Part shown: in pieces, positions 59,700 to 64,000 of the stretch | Layout of the letters: each line of letters begins with the position of its first letter | Numbering within the stretch: the stretch's first letter is position 1 | From: Thermoplasmatota archaeon | GTDB taxonomy: Archaea > Thermoplasmatota > E2 > DHVEG-1 | Reading direction: 5' to 3' | DNA length: 64,000 nucleotides | Assembly (NCBI GenBank): GCA_041550515.1 | Contig: JBFEOQ010000001.1 | Coordinates: 50,998-114,997, forward strand | Program-made: the position numbers and the translations under genes | The notes under the pieces: generated by a model | Database searches by the model: none | Told to the model about the DNA's origin: nothing | What the model saw: only the letters and a program-made list of their open reading frames with translations

Positions 59700-61940
59700 T
59701 TATTTTTTTGAATTTTTTGAACCTGGTGGTGGAGGAATATAATATTCCTCCTCTTCATAACCTGTTGTATCTTCGATAGGTTCTATTGGTTTGGATGGTT
59801 TTTTTCTTTTTTTGCGTTTTTTTCTGAAAATTATTATTACTATTATTAAAATAAAGGCAATTATTATAGATATTATACATGGTGTGAGCAGAGCAATTAT
59901 AAATAAAATATTTGGTTCAATTGTTATTGTGGCATCAATTTCTGTATTTGCTTCTTCGGGTGTAAAAGTTATTTCTATATATTGTTTTCCTCCTAGTGTT
60001 TCATTTATATATACTTTTTCATTATTGTTGAGTAAAGAGATTTTAATTCCGTTTGGGAAGATAATTCTATAGGTTACATATTGATTTTCTAAACCAATAA
60101 ATTTGTAGGTCTGATTATTGATTTTTATCCCTGGAGGAATTATTGATAATTTAAATTTCATTGGATATGGTGTATGTGAATATATTTGTGTTTTTAGTGG
60201 TTCTTTGTCATCCATTGTTGTTATGTCGCTATCCCATTGTAAGGAATTTTGGAATATCTCTTTGTTAATATTTCCTTTTGCATCTAAGCCTATGATTATT
60301 TGGTTAATTATTTGTTCAAAAATATTTTTTTCATTTGTTAAAAATGTACTAATTTCTTCTTCATTAAACACATTTTCTTCTATACATAATTTTAAAGCAT
60401 CTGCGTTCAGATATGTAATATCTATTGTTTTGGGTAAATCAAATGGGGTTGGTAGTCTTGTAACTTTATAGCTTTTTTCCTCGTTAATCTTCAAACCAAA
60501 ATTTAATTCTGTATTTCCTGTGAAGAAGCTAAGTAGATTTAAGTCAGTTGTTTCTGCTTCTATCTCTATTATAGTATTTATTATTGGTTGAGTATATTCA
60601 GGGCTTTTGTTTGAAAACATTAGTCCTGAAAAACTTATATTTTTATTATCCCATGTATATATATTTTCGTTATTTATATTAATGTTTAGTGGCAATTTAA
60701 GAGTTATATTATAATTATAAAAGAGATCATCCAGATTATTACCAAAATTTATAGAATTAGGTGTAATATTGGATTTTGCACCAGCATTAATAAGGCCATA
60801 CAATGCTTTTGAAGATATATCATTAAGTATTAATTGTATATCATCATCTTTTAATAAGGCTTTTACAGGGGGATTTTTGTCCATTTTATTTATATTAAAT
60901 GGATCTGAGCATTCATCTGTAGTAGTGTTATCAAATTTAAAGTCAAATGTTAATGTTTGGTTAAAATCAGACTGTACAATAGTATTTTTAATATTTTCTT
61001 GAATGTCTTTTATTGTTTTTTGATATATTTCACCCCATGTTATCATACCATTCTTAACAAATAATCTTACACCATCTGAAGGAACAAACTCGATGTTAGT
61101 AATAAACTCTGGTAAAAAACTATAATTTGTTAAACTCATACTATTAATAATTATCTCAGATTCTAATGAGGCAGGTTCTATTTGCGAATTAATAATAAAA
61201 CCAATAGAAATGTCTTCCTTTTCTTCATAAGTAGTTGGATTCTTATTACGTAAAATAAAAAAAGCATCTAATGAAGGTAAGTCCCCCTCGCTATTTCTAA
61301 CATTCCATTCTATGATATTATTATTTATACTGCCATCAGTAAGTTGATATTCTAATTTTTCACCTAAATTAAAAGAGTATATTATATCCCATCCCGGATC
61401 TGCTTTAAGATTTAAATCATATCTCACTCTTGCTCCAACATCAAGTAAACCATTTATTAACTCATGTGAGTTAATCGTTTGATTTATATCAAAAAAATTT
61501 GAAGTTAAATTAACTATATATTCATCATAAAAATTATAGTTTTCATAGTTTAATAATTCAAGTAGAGAAGTTACTTTAGCGTTAATAAAAGTCGCTTGAA
61601 TCTGGTTAAAAATCATCGTTTTTAAAGCATATTTAATTGCACCCATCTGTTCAGAATTAGAATTAGATATAACCTTTATCTCTTCAGCTGAATATGTTTT
61701 CTCAATAGTAGATAATGTTAGTTTGGTAACAAAAATCTCAACATTTATTTTTAAATCTGAAGCACTTTCCATATCTATTTTAAACGTCGCGGATACGATG
61801 TTTTCAACTTCTTCATCTGCTTTTACACTAATATATAAAAAAGAGGATAAAAAGATTGATATAATAAGTAATAAAACTAATACTGGAATTTTAGTAAATC
61901 TCGTTTTAATCCACCTCCAAAAGTTAAGCCGATAGAACAT
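59700..61940 (-). CDS. large type-I membrane-anchored surface protein (S-layer/adhesin candidate), sequon-rich
   Basis: N-terminal signal/TM. About 650-aa Asn/Thr/Ile-rich ectodomain with dozens of N-x-S/T sequons. C-terminal TM, KKRKKRKK stop-transfer and a short acidic/Pro tail. Confidence 0.55.
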   Translation of the reverse strand: MFYRLNFWRWIKTRFTKIPVLVLLLIISIFLSSFLYISVKADEEVENIVSATFKIDMESASDLKINVEIFVTKLTLSTIEKTYSAEEIKVISNSNSEQMGAIKYALKTMIFNQIQATFINAKVTSLLELLNYENYNFYDEYIVNLTSNFFDINQTINSHELINGLLDVGARVRYDLNLKADPGWDIIYSFNLGEKLEYQLTDGSINNNIIEWNVRNSEGDLPSLDAFFILRNKNPTTYEEKEDISIGFIINSQIEPASLESEIIINSMSLTNYSFLPEFITNIEFVPSDGVRLFVKNGMITWGEIYQKTIKDIQENIKNTIVQSDFNQTLTFDFKFDNTTTDECSDPFNINKMDKNPPVKALLKDDDIQLILNDISSKALYGLINAGAKSNITPNSINFGNNLDDLFYNYNITLKLPLNININNENIYTWDNKNISFSGLMFSNKSPEYTQPIINTIIEIEAETTDLNLLSFFTGNTELNFGLKINEEKSYKVTRLPTPFDLPKTIDITYLNADALKLCIEENVFNEEEISTFLTNEKNIFEQIINQIIIGLDAKGNINKEIFQNSLQWDSDITTMDDKEPLKTQIYSHTPYPMKFKLSIIPPGIKINNQTYKFIGLENQYVTYRIIFPNGIKISLLNNNEKVYINETLGGKQYIEITFTPEEANTEIDATITIEPNILFIIALLTPCIISIIIAFILIIVIIIFRKKRKKRKKPSKPIEPIEDTTGYEEEEYYIPPPPGSKNSKK

Positions 61941-62025
61941 GTTATTATTATAAAAACTTTCTATCTTACTAAAAATTTTACGAAACCACTAAAAACAGAT
62001 TATGTATTTTTAAATTTAAGATAAT

Positions 62026-62877
62026 ATGTATATAATTAGTGGTACAGCATCAAATACTATTGCAGAAGAACTATCGCAAATAAAAAAAATTCCAAAGGCA
62101 AATATAATTTCTAAACGATTTCCTGATACAGAGCTTTATATTAGGATATTGGACAATATAAAAAATGAAAACATTGTAATTGTTCAGACAACATACCCTG
62201 ATCAAAATCTAGTAGAATTATTTTTACTTCAAAATGCAGTAAAAGAAGCAGGTGCAAAAAAAATAACAGTTGTTATACCATATTATGGTTATGCTAGACA
62301 GGATACATTATTTCAAACGGGTGAAGCAATTAGTGCTAAAGCTATAGCAGAACTCATAAGCGTTAACGCTGATTTAGTAATAACTATTGATCCTCATAAA
62401 GACCACATTCTTGATTTTTTTACTACAACTGCCAAAAGTTTGACTGCTGTTCCAGAAATAGCAAATTATCTTAAACAAAAAAACTTAGATTTAATTCTTG
62501 CCCCAGATAAAGGTGCATTAAATAAAGCCAAACAAGCATCAAAAATTGTTGGTTGTGATTTTGATTATATGGAAAAAACCCGTATAGATGGAAAAACTGT
62601 TGAAATCAAACCTAAAAACCTAGATGTAAGAGATAAAAATGTGGGAATAATTGATGATATAATATCCACAGGCGGAACAATGGCAAAATCAATAAAAGAA
62701 CTTAAGATTCAAGGAGCAACAAAAGTATATGTGTCATGTACCCATGGCTTATTTGCTGGAGATGCAATTAAAAAGTTAGCTCAGTCAGGATGCGATGAAA
62801 TAATTGCCACAGATACTATATTAAGTAATTATAGTCATGTAAAAGTAGCATCTAGTATTGCTCCATTTATAAAATAA
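62026..62877 (+). CDS. prs: ribose-phosphate pyrophosphokinase
   Basis: Two PRT-type domains. PRPP-binding loop GIIDDIISTGGT. Confidence 0.85.
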   Translation: MYIISGTASNTIAEELSQIKKIPKANIISKRFPDTELYIRILDNIKNENIVIVQTTYPDQNLVELFLLQNAVKEAGAKKITVVIPYYGYARQDTLFQTGEAISAKAIAELISVNADLVITIDPHKDHILDFFTTTAKSLTAVPEIANYLKQKNLDLILAPDKGALNKAKQASKIVGCDFDYMEKTRIDGKTVEIKPKNLDVRDKNVGIIDDIISTGGTMAKSIKELKIQGATKVYVSCTHGLFAGDAIKKLAQSGCDEIIATDTILSNYSHVKVASSIAPFIK

Positions 62878-62952
62878 TTATAAAAATATTCTTTGATAAG
62901 TTATATATAAGACTATATTTTTACGGTGTTGATTAATCTTAGGTGAAAAGTA

Positions 62953-64000
62953 ATGAGAAAAAGAGCTGAATTTAAAAGCAAACCTGTATCATTTGAGTCA
63001 AAACATAAAATTGAAGATAAACCAAAAAAATTCAATAAAAAAAGGATTAATTTAGGTAGAAATTGGTGGATAACTGTAGCTTTAATTAGTATTTTTTTAT
63101 TAGTTTTATTTTTTAATACATATTTCAATTTTACAAGTGAAATCGCGCTATATTCAGAAGGTGAAGGTTATTCTAAGTATTTGTTATCAGGTCCTGATCC
63201 ATATTACAATCTAAGATTAGTTGAAGGAACTAGTAAAACGGGCATATATCCATATTATTCTGATCCAGATCCTTTATTAAATTATCCTTTAGGTCGATCA
63301 GGTAATCGTGCTCCATTACTTAACATGATGGCGCTGGGTTTTAGTAATTTTTTAGCACCTTTTATTGGAGAAACTGAAGCAATAGGTTATTCTATGCAGT
63401 TTGTACCTGCTTTATTTGGAGCATTACTTGTCTTTCCAATATTTTTTATAGGTAAATTACTTTATAATAAAAAAGCAGGTCTCATAGCTGCTTTTTTTGT
63501 TGCGATAATACCTATACATATTGGTTCTGGTCATGGTTCTGCGTATTCTTTATTTGATCATGATTCATTAAACTTATTACTTTTTTTCCTTACTTTCTTA
63601 TTTATGATAATTAGTCTTAAAGAAAAAAATCATATGAAATCAATTTTTTATGCAATTCTTGCAGGTGTCCCACTTGCAGGCTTATCTATGGTTTGGGTTG
63701 AAGCTCAGTTTTTGTATGTTATTATTGCAATTTATGCTGTTGTTCAGATGATTATTGATATATTTTTTAGTAAATTTGAAATAAATGTATTTAGAACAAC
63801 CTCGATTGCTATCTTAACAGGCTACATTATTTCTTTACCAGTTACAATTGCTGATACTGTTGGTTTTACTTTTGATGCGTCATTGTTAATGGTTCTTGTT
63901 GTCATTGGATTTGGCTTTTTATATTATTTATTTGGTATTAAAAAAATTCCTTGGACTATATCATTACCTTTTATTATTATCTCTGGAGTTATTGGTTTTG
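62953..64000 (+). CDS. aglB: oligosaccharyltransferase AglB/STT3, N-terminal part (3' end outside the window)
   Basis: First TM, then external loop with GPDPYYNLR (STT3 DPYxNYR-like motif) and multiple TM helices. No stop before the window end. SD-like aggtga at 62941. Confidence 0.65.
   Translation, partial: MRKRAEFKSKPVSFESKHKIEDKPKKFNKKRINLGRNWWITVALISIFLLVLFFNTYFNFTSEIALYSEGEGYSKYLLSGPDPYYNLRLVEGTSKTGIYPYYSDPDPLLNYPLGRSGNRAPLLNMMALGFSNFLAPFIGETEAIGYSMQFVPALFGALLVFPIFFIGKLLYNKKAGLIAAFFVAIIPIHIGSGHGSAYSLFDHDSLNLLLFFLTFLFMIISLKEKNHMKSIFYAILAGVPLAGLSMVWVEAQFLYVIIAIYAVVQMIIDIFFSKFEINVFRTTSIAILTGYIISLPVTIADTVGFTFDASLLMVLVVIGFGFLYYLFGIKKIPWTISLPFIIISGVIGF

Overview
Strongly AT-rich archaeal chromosomal segment, about 60 genes, densely packed with short intergenic spacers and several 4-8 nt gene overlaps. 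It is clearly archaeal: two TBP genes, aRF1, Alba, Orc1/Cdc6, archease, Cdc48, Pth2, an alpha2-type tRNA-splicing endonuclease, pyruvoyl-dependent arginine decarboxylase and digeranylgeranylglycerophospholipid reductase. Most of the window is housekeeping and central metabolism: enolase, two-subunit pyruvate carboxylase, PEP synthase, indolepyruvate:ferredoxin oxidoreductase, an NfnAB/SudAB-like flavoprotein pair, glutamate dehydrogenase, glutamine synthetase, CTP synthase, PRPP synthetase and NAD kinase. I found no tRNA, rRNA, CRISPR array or obvious mobile element by eye. The less ordinary features are these. (1) A nickel-pincer-nucleotide cofactor cluster (larE C-terminus, larB, larC N-domain only) sits directly next to a NikR repressor gene whose promoter carries nested palindromes. 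(2) Two TBP paralogs lie in tandem and appear co-transcribed; the first is divergent. (3) The Orc1/Cdc6 gene is flanked by two origin-like intergenic regions. The upstream one has TGGAA iterons about 62 bp apart, an ORB-like TTCCA-N3-GAAA-N3-GGGGG element and an A/T-rich stretch. The downstream one has inverted AGGGGGAAT boxes around a poly-A tract. (4) A 1016-aa protein fuses a degenerate and an intact receiver domain to a PPDK_N-type ATP-grasp domain. It has no swivel-His or PEP-utilizer C-domain and lies inside a nitrogen/amino-acid metabolism neighbourhood. This is my best candidate for the undescribed regulatory system. (5) A secreted, C-terminally anchored Lon-type (S16) protease domain protein has no AAA+ module. 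(6) A ThiI-like THUMP protein has its PP-loop SGGxDS motif replaced. (7) An NSS-family transporter has a 31-aa overlapping transmembrane mini-ORF, reminiscent of MetPS. (8) A large sequon-rich surface protein lies next to AglB. (9) There are several conserved-looking operon pairs of unknown function.
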